This document shows positions 18,596-27,945 of a stretch of 64,000 nt of DNA, in pieces. The stretch lies in the IMG/VR virus record IMGVR_UViG_3300044712_001838. One strand, written 5' to 3'. This DNA comes from an uncultured virus (IMG/VR IMGVR_UViG_3300044712_001838) (lineage: Duplodnaviria > Heunggongvirae > Uroviricota > Caudoviricetes). Numbering within the stretch: the stretch's first letter is position 1; the number at the start of each line of letters is the position of its first letter. Both the position numbers and the translations under genes were made by a program. The notes beneath the pieces are model-generated. The model was given only the letters and a program-made list of their open reading frames with translations. It was not told where the DNA came from and searched no databases.

Positions 18596-18892
18596 ATGTA
18601 CAAAGAAGTTTTGGCAGTCGTAGAAAAAGACATCGAAGAGCATCATACTGGATGCAAGGGATGTGCCCGCTGTAAATTGGCTCAACGCGTACTGTCCAAG
18701 ATCAACGACCGGAATTGGCTCAAGCCCTTGCTTCCGCGCTTCGAACAACTCGGCATTTGCGTCCGGAAAAACAAAGACCGCTCCATTGAGGCAAGCCATC
18801 GCAGTTGGCCGCAGACATTAGTCATCAACACTCCGGAAGAGGCGAACGCCATTCTGACAACGCTTTATTGGGAACGCGGACCGAAAGGCTAA
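18596..18892 (+). CDS. hypothetical protein
   Basis: GAGGTGG RBS; CKGCARC. Confidence 0.7.
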   Translation: MYKEVLAVVEKDIEEHHTGCKGCARCKLAQRVLSKINDRNWLKPLLPRFEQLGICVRKNKDRSIEASHRSWPQTLVINTPEEANAILTTLYWERGPKG

Positions 18893-18896
18893 AACC

Positions 18897-19145
18897 ATGA
18901 CTCCGACAAGCGACGAACTTGACATCGCCGAGGAAACCGTCCTCGCCATCGCGCAGGCTCTGATCCAAAACGCAATGGACCAGGCGAATCTCTCGCCCGC
19001 CCAAGTCGCCGCCATCGCCGGATTCGGACCATCAACAGTCGTCCAACTCAAACGCAACGACAATTTGCGCGTTCGAGACCTTGCGCGCGTCGTCAGCGCA
19101 TGCGGGTTCGAGGTCAAATTGCAAATAGTGGAGAAAAGCAAATGA
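18897..19145 (+). CDS. XRE/Cro-like HTH protein
   Basis: AMDQANLSPAQVAAIAGFGPSTVVQL...NLRVRDLARV...GFEVKL. Confidence 0.75.
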   Translation: MTPTSDELDIAEETVLAIAQALIQNAMDQANLSPAQVAAIAGFGPSTVVQLKRNDNLRVRDLARVVSACGFEVKLQIVEKSK

Positions 19146-19381
19146 CAATCATGATCGCCTGCTGGATCGCCTTCTTTCTCGCGCTGGCAGCAATGCTCTA
19201 CAACTTCTTCGTCATCGCCAAGAAGGCGAAAACCTTCCTGTGCGCGGACATTAGTTCTGAGGTCCAGCCGCCGACACTCATGAAGAACTTCGGAGTCCAT
19301 CTGATCTTCGGATTCCTGACCGCTGCCGCCGGCATCGCTGGCATCGTCTCGACCATCCTGTTCTGCCTGGGCAAAATCTGA
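19142..19381 (+). CDS. small two-TM protein
   Basis: Two hydrophobic segments. Confidence 0.7.
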   Translation: MTIMIACWIAFFLALAAMLYNFFVIAKKAKTFLCADISSEVQPPTLMKNFGVHLIFGFLTAAAGIAGIVSTILFCLGKI

Positions 19382-19965
19382 TGAGCGACGAGAAGAAAGA
19401 CTGCGACCACGAATGGTGGTTCCGGCAAGTAACTCAAAGTGGCAATATCGCACTGAGTCCGCTGGCGACATCGGGTACGGACTACAAAGCTGGCGAATTC
19501 TACACTTGCCAATGCTTCCGTTGTAATGAGCAGGCAAGCCTAGAAGGGTCGAAGCTCGCCGAGATCGTCAAGAAAGAAGACGAGCAGTTGCAAGAGCAAC
19601 GGCGCAAGTTCGTCTTGCCTCCGGTCCCGCTTTGGCGAAAATGGCTGACGACGGCAACGATTGCACTCCCGCTCGTCTGTGGAATCATTCCAGGCTTGCC
19701 AGTCGCTTGGATAACCCCAATAGGCGACGGTACTGGAAACGATCTCGCCCTTGCCGAAGGCGCATTCTTGATCTGGACTTGTGGAGTCCTGAATATCACC
19801 TTCTTTGTTGCAATGGTATGCTTCAATCAGCTTGCTTGGGGCAACGTCGCCTGTTTGCTGCTCGTATCCGGCATGACGGCGAGAATTTGCCTCTTCATCA
19901 GGAACGACTTCGTTTGGAACCATCGAAAAAGGCGAGAAGATGAACGAAAGCGCAAAAAGAATTGA
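19381..19965 (+). CDS. multi-TM protein with N-terminal C/H motif
   Basis: CDHEW...CFRC then three hydrophobic segments. Confidence 0.7.
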   Translation: MSDEKKDCDHEWWFRQVTQSGNIALSPLATSGTDYKAGEFYTCQCFRCNEQASLEGSKLAEIVKKEDEQLQEQRRKFVLPPVPLWRKWLTTATIALPLVCGIIPGLPVAWITPIGDGTGNDLALAEGAFLIWTCGVLNITFFVAMVCFNQLAWGNVACLLLVSGMTARICLFIRNDFVWNHRKRREDERKRKKN

Positions 19966-20158
19966 AAACGCACTCAACGTCCTCGACGGCATTAAAGACT
20001 TGGTCGAAGAGCATCGGAAGATGAAGCAAGTCTTGGAAGACATCTTCATGGGTGGCAACGCCTACGATCCAGATCCCAAACGGGGGATGGAACAACTACA
20101 GAAGAACTGGCTGAAGATTCGGGAGATCCTTTGTCCCGACTTCGACGACAGCGAGTGA
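19940..20158 (+). CDS. hypothetical protein
   Basis: Tiles with neighbours. Confidence 0.6.
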   Translation: MNESAKRIENALNVLDGIKDLVEEHRKMKQVLEDIFMGGNAYDPDPKRGMEQLQKNWLKIREILCPDFDDSE

Positions 20159-20165
20159 GGCTACG

Positions 20166-20489
20166 ATGAGCAAAGTTCCCGCTGAGTGGAGACAAGTCGG
20201 AGACGACGAGTGGAAACTCAAACTTGGAGGTAAGAAAGATGGCAAATCCTTCGAGCCTCTGTATCCGACCCGTTGTCCGGAGTGCGGCAAACATCTGCTC
20301 CTAACGTTTCACGGAGCGATCACGCAAACCTTCGCCTTGACAGCGGACGGGTCGCGGGGTAATCACCTCCGCAACAGAGACGACATCGATATCTATTGGG
20401 AGACATTCTACTTGGAATGTAACTCCGACGAATGCGGGTTTACATTCGGGGCTAACGGCGGCAAAGGTTGGCTAAAGAACAGCGAGTAA
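20166..20489 (+). CDS. Zn-ribbon-like protein
   Basis: CPECG ... CNSDECG. Confidence 0.65.
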   Translation: MSKVPAEWRQVGDDEWKLKLGGKKDGKSFEPLYPTRCPECGKHLLLTFHGAITQTFALTADGSRGNHLRNRDDIDIYWETFYLECNSDECGFTFGANGGKGWLKNSE

Positions 20490-20492
20490 TCC

Positions 20493-20819
20493 ATGATCAA
20501 ATTGCATTCAGTCAACGGACGCCCGATCATCTGGTATTGCGACAACAACCAATGCGGTCGCCACTGGTCCGTCGCCTGCCGACCCGAAGGCGACATCCCC
20601 AAGGTCTGCGAGTGCGAGTCCGGCAAGCTCGAAGACGTTCAGTACCCCTTGGGAACAGACCTTCTGTTCATGGCGCACTATCGCTCCGAGCGCCATACAG
20701 GCGACATGAACGGTGCAGACTCAAAGCTGAGCGGCACCTTCGAGGAGGCGGTTGCGGAAGCCCAAACAATCGCCATCAAGGAAGGTTTCGTTGTCCAATG
20801 CATACGGAGACGGTACTAA
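20493..20819 (+). CDS. Cys-containing hypothetical protein
   Basis: CDNNQCG, CEC; tiles with neighbours. Confidence 0.65.
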   Translation: MIKLHSVNGRPIIWYCDNNQCGRHWSVACRPEGDIPKVCECESGKLEDVQYPLGTDLLFMAHYRSERHTGDMNGADSKLSGTFEEAVAEAQTIAIKEGFVVQCIRRRY

Positions 20820-21070
20820 TGGACAAAATCATCGTTGGGACTAAGGTTGTTCTAAAATCCGACTTCAACGTTGGAATCGGCAGTAACTTTTCTAGTAATT
20901 TGCATTCGCTTGGAGTTAAGGCTGGTACGGTAGGCGTTGTTGCTCGCATCCACGAATGCCGATCAGAGGTCTTTACCAGACCGGATAGGCATTTTGTCAA
21001 CTTCGAGTTGTGCGCCGGTCTGGTTGTAACGCTCGATCTTCTCAGGGATTCGTTCGAGATCGTAAAATGA
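20819..21070 (+). CDS. hypothetical protein
   Basis: TAATG coupling, GGAG RBS. Confidence 0.6.
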   Translation: MDKIIVGTKVVLKSDFNVGIGSNFSSNLHSLGVKAGTVGVVARIHECRSEVFTRPDRHFVNFELCAGLVVTLDLLRDSFEIVK

Positions 21071-21233
21071 GAAAGAAGCATTGGATGTGGTGGTACTACG
21101 CCAAGGTAGAGAACGCAACAGGTATCCATACTGTTTTCTACGCCAATACACGCCCGAAGATTGGAGATTCGTGTCTAGGCATCGCGGAACCAAACAAAGT
21201 AATCGGCTTCGAGCGCAAAAGGGAATACTACTG

Positions 21234-21446
21234 ATGAGCCTGCAAGCGTTCCTTGAAGAAGTCGCCAGCGAGACGTTGGGCGCAATCTTCGACAACGAAC
21301 TGACCGCCCTCGGAGAAAAGCACGGCATCGACGTTGACGCCGACGACGTTATCAAGGCGTTGCTCAACCAGGGCTGGCGACATGTCTCCCCGATTTGCCG
21401 CTACGAACACGAACTCGTCTACGCCGAAGGAGGCATTTACAGATGA
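21234..21446 (+). CDS. hypothetical protein
   Basis: TGATG coupling; MSLQAFLEEVASE. Confidence 0.6.
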   Translation: MSLQAFLEEVASETLGAIFDNELTALGEKHGIDVDADDVIKALLNQGWRHVSPICRYEHELVYAEGGIYR

Positions 21447-21601
21447 AACCGCAGGTCATTTTGGGCATGAGTTTGGGAATTTTCGTCGCGAACTTCGTTT
21501 TCTACGCCCTGGTAGGCGATTGGAAGAAAGGACTGGTTGTCAGTCTCTTAGCCAGCGTTATATTCGGATTTTTGATGGTAATCTTTCGCAGAAACATTTG
21601 A
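21443..21601 (+). CDS. small two-TM protein
   Basis: GGAGG RBS; hydrophobic. Confidence 0.65.
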   Translation: MKPQVILGMSLGIFVANFVFYALVGDWKKGLVVSLLASVIFGFLMVIFRRNI

Positions 21602-21656
21602 CTTTGCAACAATAACGCTTACCCTGCTAGGGTGAAGGTGAATCAGGAGAATCCAA

Positions 21657-22499
21657 ATGTTTGACCGCTTTTCCGACCGTGCCCGCAAGGTCTTGTCGCT
21701 CGCCCGCGAGGAAGCCGCGCGGTTCGGCCAGAACTACATCGGAACAGAACACGTCCTGCTTGGTTTGATCAAAGAAGGCTCGGGTCTCGCGTCTATCGTC
21801 TTCGAGGAGCTTGACATCGATACAAACAAGCTGCGCTCCGATGTCGAAAAGCTACTCGCACCTGAACCAGCAGGAATTGCGTACCGACGCCCTAGCGAAC
21901 TCATCCATCTTGAAGTAACCCCTCGCGCAAAGAAAGTTCTTGACTTTGCCATCGACGAAGCTCGCCAAACAAAGTGCGACTACGTCGGTACTGAGCACAT
22001 CCTTGTCGGTCTGATCCGCGAAGGCGACGGACTCGCCGCGAGTGTTCTCTCGAAAGTCGTTGACCTTGAAAAGGTCCGCGCAGCCATCTCGACAATCGGC
22101 GATGATTTCGCCGTAAAACACCGCAAAGAACAGAAACAGGAACCGAAGCCTGTACAAGGGCTGCTGTCCTGCAAGCTGACGACCAGCCTGTCATGTGAAG
22201 CACAACGTGTTTACGTCACGCTCGAAGCCGACGTGACCTTGCCAGGGCTTCCGCCATTCCGAACCTTGATGTCGACCGACCCCAAAGAAGCCCCTGAGAC
22301 CCGCGTCCGCGTCATCAACAGTCCCGTTTGGAACACTGCGCTCAATACCATCCGAATCCCAACGCGCGCTGAGACCGACAACCTCAAGACCGTCCCTGAA
22401 CTGTTCTCAAGCATCAAATCTTTCGTCGCCTGCGGATGGAAGATCATGAACTACACTTCGGACTTCGGACCCGCACTCAAGGCGGAAGGACTGATTTGA
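21657..22499 (+). CDS. Clp N-terminal (double Clp-N) domain protein without AAA+ modules
   Basis: MFDRFSDRARKVL...YIGTEHVLLGL and TPRAKKVL...YVGTEHILVGL; no Walker motifs. Confidence 0.9.
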   Translation: MFDRFSDRARKVLSLAREEAARFGQNYIGTEHVLLGLIKEGSGLASIVFEELDIDTNKLRSDVEKLLAPEPAGIAYRRPSELIHLEVTPRAKKVLDFAIDEARQTKCDYVGTEHILVGLIREGDGLAASVLSKVVDLEKVRAAISTIGDDFAVKHRKEQKQEPKPVQGLLSCKLTTSLSCEAQRVYVTLEADVTLPGLPPFRTLMSTDPKEAPETRVRVINSPVWNTALNTIRIPTRAETDNLKTVPELFSSIKSFVACGWKIMNYTSDFGPALKAEGLI

Positions 22500-22740
22500 C
22501 AATGGTCATTTTTCGATACCTCTTCATCTTCCTTTGTGACCCAATCCTTTGCGCCATGCTGCTTAACGGCGGCGACGCCGAAAAATTGGGCAATCTACCT
22601 TTACAGTTGCCTCGGGGATATCGCTGTCTTCGCCGTCGGCTGTTACACCGGGCATAACGTCCTAGCTACTCTCTATATCGCCTTCGGATGGGTAAGCAAA
22701 GCGTTGGGTAAAATGCTTGTCGGCAGCAAAGGAGTTTCAA

Positions 22741-23388
22741 ATGATCTTCCTCGGGAAAACTGACCTAATCCACCATCTCTTCCCAACGAGCGTCGGGGCG
22801 TACCCCTCCGATTGGGGAGAGGTCAACCTTGACCAGATCGCAAAGAACTTGGGCTATGTCATGCCCGACATCGAGAAGGCGACCAATCCGTTCCTCGATC
22901 CCGAGACGTGCGGTCGCTGGCTATGGTTCGTCCACAAAGTCATGAATGTCAAGTACTCCTTCGGCGGGTATTTGGAAGACAGAGCGACCCTCTGGCGCGG
23001 ATGCTATATGCAACCAGGGCATACGGTTCATCTTGGCGTTGACTTCAACGTCCCCGAAGGCACTACCGTCCATTTGCCCAATGATGCCGAGTTGGTTTAT
23101 GTCAACCACAGCAACGATCAGAACGGCGGCTGGGGCGGGCAACTGATCTTCAAGTGTCGCTCTGGATATGCCGTCTTCGGACACATGACCAACATCCTTT
23201 CCAACCTCCAAAGGTACGTCGCTGGAACGCAAATCGGAATCGTTGCTGGAACAGACCGCAACGGCGGATGGTACCCGCACCTGCATGTCCAATGCATGCG
23301 TAATTTCAATCCGGACGTTGACGGCTACGATAAGCTCTACGACGGCATCGAGAAAGAATACCAAAGTCCCTTCAGATTTGATTGGTAA
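22741..23388 (+). CDS. M23 family peptidase-like protein
   Basis: GGYLEDR, HLGVDF, FGHM, NGGWYPHLHVQ. Confidence 0.8.
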   Translation: MIFLGKTDLIHHLFPTSVGAYPSDWGEVNLDQIAKNLGYVMPDIEKATNPFLDPETCGRWLWFVHKVMNVKYSFGGYLEDRATLWRGCYMQPGHTVHLGVDFNVPEGTTVHLPNDAELVYVNHSNDQNGGWGGQLIFKCRSGYAVFGHMTNILSNLQRYVAGTQIGIVAGTDRNGGWYPHLHVQCMRNFNPDVDGYDKLYDGIEKEYQSPFRFDW

Positions 23389-23394
23389 AACCGC

Positions 23395-23422
23395 TTGACA
23401 CAAGACGCCCGCATGGTATCTT
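23395..23422 (+). promoter_or_regulatory. sigma70-like promoter
   Basis: TTGACA-N16-TATCTT; shares CGCTTGACACAA...CCGCATGGTATnTTGCCT with 18549. Confidence 0.65.
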
Positions 23423-23443
23423 GCCTTCAAAGGGGTTGAACCG

Positions 23444-23914
23444 ATGACGACTGAAAAGAAAGACAAGCCGTACCGCGAGATTTGCTGGAACGACTTGGAC
23501 AAATGGGAATATCTGCTCGCGCCAAACGTCACCGTCTTGTGGAAAGGCGCGAATAGCGTCATCTACCGAACAACCCTGCTAAGCTACTCCAAAGGCAACG
23601 CCAGGTTGAAGTTCGAGGACGGTAACGAGTCATCCCCCTGCTACATCGAGCAGTTCGTCGGCATCGAAACCGCCGACGAGATCATCGACCTGTTCCGCCA
23701 GCCCATCCACCGAACCAAGCTGCCGACCGAAGTCACGGACGCTGGCTCCGCCCTCTTCCTGATCTGCAAGAAGACCGAGTCCTACGTCCCTTCAGGCGAC
23801 TCGTTGGCTTGCGAACTCTTGCACGAGATCCACGAGCTTGCTTACAAAGGTCTCGAAAAACATAACGCACGCTTGCGGGAAACACTCCGTACGATGCAAC
23901 AACAGAAAGGCTGA
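23444..23914 (+). CDS. hypothetical protein
   Basis: AGGGG RBS behind promoter. Confidence 0.7.
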   Translation: MTTEKKDKPYREICWNDLDKWEYLLAPNVTVLWKGANSVIYRTTLLSYSKGNARLKFEDGNESSPCYIEQFVGIETADEIIDLFRQPIHRTKLPTEVTDAGSALFLICKKTESYVPSGDSLACELLHEIHELAYKGLEKHNARLRETLRTMQQQKG

Positions 23915-23915
23915 A

Positions 23916-24266
23916 ATGGACATCATCTTCCTCGTCATCCTGACTTGGCTCTGCCAACGCATCAAAAACGACAAGGAATGGTGCGGCGCCTTTTGGGCAT
24001 CACTCTTCATCTTCACGTTCTTCAAGGCACTGGTCATCATCCCCATTTGGGGCTTCCATCGCGGTACTGACGGAGATTGGCAAGTCTCAGGCGACCCCAT
24101 GCCTCAACTCATCAGCGGATTCGTCGCCTTCTTGATCGTCGCCTTCCTTTGGAAGTACGCCGCACGCCGACAACGGGACCCGCGCACGCCTCCCCTTCAC
24201 CACCCCATCGCCGCCTGGAAGTATTGGCGCGAACACGCAGGCGACATCGAGGAGCCAACCGAATGA
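23916..24266 (+). CDS. membrane protein
   Basis: Three hydrophobic segments. Confidence 0.65.
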   Translation: MDIIFLVILTWLCQRIKNDKEWCGAFWASLFIFTFFKALVIIPIWGFHRGTDGDWQVSGDPMPQLISGFVAFLIVAFLWKYAARRQRDPRTPPLHHPIAAWKYWREHAGDIEEPTE

Positions 24267-24451
24267 AGGCGACTGTTCATTTCCATAGTATTGACGCGCT
24301 GAAGAACGGCTCGTTCGTGCGGACCAGCAAGCACGGAGTCGCTCAATACATGAATGGGGATTATCTCGGGATGATCGCTAAGGTTCCGGACGGACTTCAG
24401 GTCATGGACGCCAAAGAGGCTAAACAGCACCTTCCGAAGGTCTGCCGCTAG
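24263..24451 (+). CDS. hypothetical protein
   Basis: GGAG RBS, ATGA coupling. Confidence 0.55.
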   Translation: MKATVHFHSIDALKNGSFVRTSKHGVAQYMNGDYLGMIAKVPDGLQVMDAKEAKQHLPKVCR

Positions 24452-25358
24452 GCTCTTTGACATATTCGCGATGCAAGGAACGAGTCAACTTCTCTCCAGC
24501 AGGCGTCATTTGACCAATGCGCTTGATGTTCGGGTTCAATCGCATGAACTCCTTGAGCAGGAGCGTGCCTAAGCCTTGCTTCTGGAACTCGCCGACGACC
24601 CACACTCCAGCCGTCCCAAACTCATTGCTCGCGAAACCAATCGGACGGTCGCCAACAAAGGCAGCCAAGCCGATCTCTTTGGTAGCGCGACCAGCAGCCG
24701 TCGCCTCTTCGTCCGTCATGTAAATCGGGTCGCCTTTTTCATCGCGCACAATGTCTTCCGCGACGTATTCCCCGCGTTTGTCCTTGAATGTCTTCGGTGC
24801 CCATTTGACATACTTCGCAGGAATGGTGAACTGCCTGATCTCGACAGGCTGGTTCTTGAGCATCAATGTCTTCAACAGAATAGGGTAATGGTCTTTTTTG
24901 ACGAAAGAAATGCCTTCGCTCGTGTCGTACCTATCGTACGCGTTCATCGGGATCGTGCCAGTCTTGTGGTAATCTATGAACTCGTCCTCAGTCATCTCTT
25001 GCGGTTGCTTCGTTTTCGGCGGCTCAGGCTTCGTTTCTACGCTTTGGGCGAGCTTGCAGTTCCTCAAAACCCAAGCCTTCTTTACCTCTTCCTTGCCTTC
25101 CTCAATCAGCTTCTTCTCGTCCGGAAGAATCTCTTCAAGAAGCTGTTGAAGCTCCCCAACATGCACGCGTTCCTCGTCGGCAACATTCCGCAAGACCTTG
25201 GACACACGTTCGTTGTTGGTCGCGTCGGCGATCGCCTCGTAAAGATGAATCGCTTCCTCTTCGGCGGCCAATGCCTGCCGCAACGCCCGCGCAAGCTCGG
25301 GCTTCGAGATCCTGCGGTCCGGCGTCATCCCAGGGAAGGGGTCAATGAATTGTGCCAT
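24420..25358 (-). CDS. ferritin-like (rubrerythrin/encapsulated-ferritin type) domain fused to a GNAT-like domain
   Basis: AEEEAIHLYE...VADEERVHVGE di-iron motif; C-terminal VWVVGEFQKQGLGTLLL; CAGGAG RBS before MAQFIDPF. Confidence 0.75.
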   Translation of the reverse strand: MAQFIDPFPGMTPDRRISKPELARALRQALAAEEEAIHLYEAIADATNNERVSKVLRNVADEERVHVGELQQLLEEILPDEKKLIEEGKEEVKKAWVLRNCKLAQSVETKPEPPKTKQPQEMTEDEFIDYHKTGTIPMNAYDRYDTSEGISFVKKDHYPILLKTLMLKNQPVEIRQFTIPAKYVKWAPKTFKDKRGEYVAEDIVRDEKGDPIYMTDEEATAAGRATKEIGLAAFVGDRPIGFASNEFGTAGVWVVGEFQKQGLGTLLLKEFMRLNPNIKRIGQMTPAGEKLTRSLHREYVKEPSGRPSEGAV

Positions 25359-25491
25359 TCGGTGCTCCTGAGGAATCCTGTTACCATTCTTCCGCCCCCA
25401 ACGCGCAATTCCCTTGTATAATGCCATGACCCCGCGTTCGGGCGACCACAACCTTCCTCGGAAGCGCAAACACCAATCAGGAGGTCCAGCC

Positions 25492-25965
25492 ATGGACACT
25501 GTAAAGTTTGTCAACCAGGACGGTAAGGTCTTCTTCGAATGCAGACCCGCCGAAGCCAGAATCGCCGTCCAGACTGTCAAGTCCCTTCGCGAGAACACTG
25601 ACAAGTATTGGGAAGAAGAAGATTCCGTCCAGTCGGACGAAGTCGGCTCCTGGACCCAAACCGTCTTCTTCTGGCCCAAGGACAGACCCATCGAATTCGA
25701 ACGCGTCCGGAAAGACGGAGCAATCGAGAGCGCGCATGTCCCCGTCTTCTTGCACGAAAAACACGGCGGCATCGCCGCTAATATCAAATCTCTAATCGCA
25801 GGAACACGCGCTTCAGGCGACAAGACCTTCCATCTCCACGTCGTCCATGTCAAAGACTACCCCGAAATCATCGGTTTGATGACACATCCTGCCAAGCATA
25901 CCCCAAGGACAGACTTCTTCCGCGACGAAGTTATCCGGCAAGAAAAGAAAGCAAAGAAAGCCTAG
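25492..25965 (+). CDS. hypothetical protein
   Basis: AGGAGG RBS. Confidence 0.75.
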   Translation: MDTVKFVNQDGKVFFECRPAEARIAVQTVKSLRENTDKYWEEEDSVQSDEVGSWTQTVFFWPKDRPIEFERVRKDGAIESAHVPVFLHEKHGGIAANIKSLIAGTRASGDKTFHLHVVHVKDYPEIIGLMTHPAKHTPRTDFFRDEVIRQEKKAKKA

Positions 25966-25971
25966 CTGAAC

Positions 25972-26015
25972 CCAGCAGGCGACTGGCGCGTTTCGTTGCG
26001 CCAGTCGCCTGCTGG
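25972..26015. repeat. perfect 18-bp inverted repeat containing AGCAGGCGAC
   Basis: CCAGCAGGCGACTGGCGC-N8-GCGCCAGTCGCCTGCTGG. Confidence 0.85.
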
Positions 26016-26046
26016 CGCACTTCTCCGACTTCCGGCGCGTTTTTCA

Positions 26047-26074
26047 TTGACTTTCACCGAGACATTGTTACAGT
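26047..26074 (+). promoter_or_regulatory. sigma70-like promoter
   Basis: TTGACT-N16-TACAGT. Confidence 0.55.
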
Positions 26075-26093
26075 GAAGATGAAAGGAACCGCT

Positions 26094-26891
26094 ATGGAAA
26101 CCATTCCGCCCTACTCGTCATACCATTACTTCCGAGATCCGACAGTCCAAAGCTTCTGTCCGCAGACACTCATCGATCTTTCCATCCTCGCCTATGACAA
26201 CGAAGAGAACGCCCGCAAGGTACTGAAGGCTTCGCCCTTCCAGTTTCAGGAGTTCCTTGACTATAAAAGCACCCAAGCACTCATCGTCCGGAACAATGAA
26301 GGCAAGATCGCTGTCGCCTTCAGAGGTACAAGCACATTCAACCTCGCCGATTGGCGAACCGACTTCGAATGCGCGCAGGCAGACTTCAATCCGTTGACGT
26401 TTGAACAGGCGAAGTGCAAGGGTGTCGGAGAGACGCGCATTCATCAAGGCTTTGCCGAAGCCTACATGGTCGCAAGATACCGCATCCTCTCTATCTTCGC
26501 TGCGGCAAAACGCCATCCGTTCATCTTTACCGGACACAGCCTCGGCGGTGCGCTGGCGACCGTCGCCGCCTGGGATTGCGGCAACCATTCCCCCGGCGTC
26601 TCGCTGGTTACCTTCGGAAGCCCTCGCGTCGGTTGCGGGAACTTCGGCAGGGAAATTATGGAACACATCGAAGCTTGTTTCCGCTTCGTTCATGGCGACG
26701 ACCTCGTCCCAACGCTGCCTTTGGAACACATGGGCTACGAACATATCTGCGCACCAAGCCTGCTCTCGCAAATGAAAAGACCTTGGATCAACATCTTCGT
26801 CCCGCGCCAGGTCTTTGACCATGTCCCGACCCTCTACGCCCAACGACTTTGGGAAAACAAGAACAATCCGCTTGACATTCACGCTTCTTGA
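26094..26891 (+). CDS. class 3 lipase (alpha/beta hydrolase)
   Basis: VAFRGT, IHQGF, FTGHSLGGALA, TFGSPRVG, DLVPTLP, terminal DH. Confidence 0.92.
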   Translation: METIPPYSSYHYFRDPTVQSFCPQTLIDLSILAYDNEENARKVLKASPFQFQEFLDYKSTQALIVRNNEGKIAVAFRGTSTFNLADWRTDFECAQADFNPLTFEQAKCKGVGETRIHQGFAEAYMVARYRILSIFAAAKRHPFIFTGHSLGGALATVAAWDCGNHSPGVSLVTFGSPRVGCGNFGREIMEHIEACFRFVHGDDLVPTLPLEHMGYEHICAPSLLSQMKRPWINIFVPRQVFDHVPTLYAQRLWENKNNPLDIHAS

Positions 26892-26899
26892 GGTACGGT
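26872..26899 (+). promoter_or_regulatory. sigma70-like promoter, likely leaderless transcript
   Basis: TTGACA-N16-TACGGT, ATG 6 nt downstream. Confidence 0.55.
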
Positions 26900-26905
26900 G
26901 AACCC

Positions 26906-27145
26906 ATGGCTGAATTGATTTCTCCAACTCTCGCTTATCGGCTGAAGAACAGCCCCAAGGGCAAATGGCATCTCGTAAACCCGAGATCCATCGACCCTAA
27001 CTGCCCCTTGAGTATCTGCAATATCATCCTCTTCCCAAACGGGATTCTCGACAGAGAGAACATTTCCAGCCTGCGTGCCGATTGCATCTGCCAAAAATGC
27101 CTCGGACCGCTCGAAGCGAGAGATAAGGGACAAAGCAATGACTAA
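26906..27145 (+). CDS. small Cys/His protein
   Basis: KWHLV...SIC...CQKC. Confidence 0.6.
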   Translation: MAELISPTLAYRLKNSPKGKWHLVNPRSIDPNCPLSICNIILFPNGILDRENISSLRADCICQKCLGPLEARDKGQSND

Positions 27146-27590
27146 AGTCTTGACGAAACAAGAACTTCAGAACCTCCTCAACGTGAAGACATCGTTGCGG
27201 CAGGCAAAGCTCATCAAGAAGCGAAATGCCGAGCTTCTCGAAGCCTTCGAGCACTTCCGTGAGTCGAAGAGATGTCTGATTTACGAAAACGACTGGCGTA
27301 ACCTTCCCTACGCTTGCCCGCATTGCGATCTTAACATGAGGTGCGATAGCTGTGCTTGGAAAGTCGAACCTTTCCACAAGTATCTCATAACCTTCTGCTT
27401 GCGAGCGACGTTCGGCGGCGTCCGGTACTCGACAGTCGAGAAAGTAATCTCGTACTCGCCAGGTCATTGCTCGGTCAACGCCTACCGCGCAGTCCATTGC
27501 TCAAGTAAAAAGGCGTCGGAAGTCCGCAAGTTCCTGAAGGGTCACATCGAATGGGCGGAAGCGGTTATCCAACACGGAAAGAAGGGATGA
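27138..27590 (+). CDS. Cys-rich hypothetical protein
   Basis: CPHC...CDSC...FC. Confidence 0.7.
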   Translation: MTKVLTKQELQNLLNVKTSLRQAKLIKKRNAELLEAFEHFRESKRCLIYENDWRNLPYACPHCDLNMRCDSCAWKVEPFHKYLITFCLRATFGGVRYSTVEKVISYSPGHCSVNAYRAVHCSSKKASEVRKFLKGHIEWAEAVIQHGKKG

Positions 27591-27753
27591 TGGACCACCG
27601 CCCGCCAATCTTCACTACTCTGGTCTTCTTCAACCTTTGCGTAGCTTGCATCAACGCATGGGGTCATTGCGTTCCCGGCATGGTCGCCTCCTTGCTCGGC
27701 GCCTTTGGCTTCTTGCTCTCATTGTTCGCCCTATCCATCAAAAGGAACGCCCA

Positions 27754-27945
27754 ATGAGCGAGAAGACCGTTAACAAGGTAACCACTACCATCATCGCCGT
27801 GTCCTTGCCGTTCCACGCGTTCGGAACGGCGACGTCGGCTTGGCAGCACAACGCGCTCTTCGCAGGCTTCGGCATCGCCTTGATCGCCGTCCTGTCTGTC
27901 GCCCTCTGGCTCCATGCATTCCCATCGGAGAAGACCAATGGCTGA
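27754..27945 (+). CDS. small membrane protein
   Basis: AAGGA RBS; hydrophobic. Confidence 0.6.
   Translation: MSEKTVNKVTTTIIAVSLPFHAFGTATSAWQHNALFAGFGIALIAVLSVALWLHAFPSEKTNG

Noticed and set aside
25359..25853. N-terminal 165 aa of the 477-aa minus ORF 24420-25853
   Set aside because: Overlaps the plus-strand gene 25492-25965; the RBS and ferritin-like domain start at 25358.
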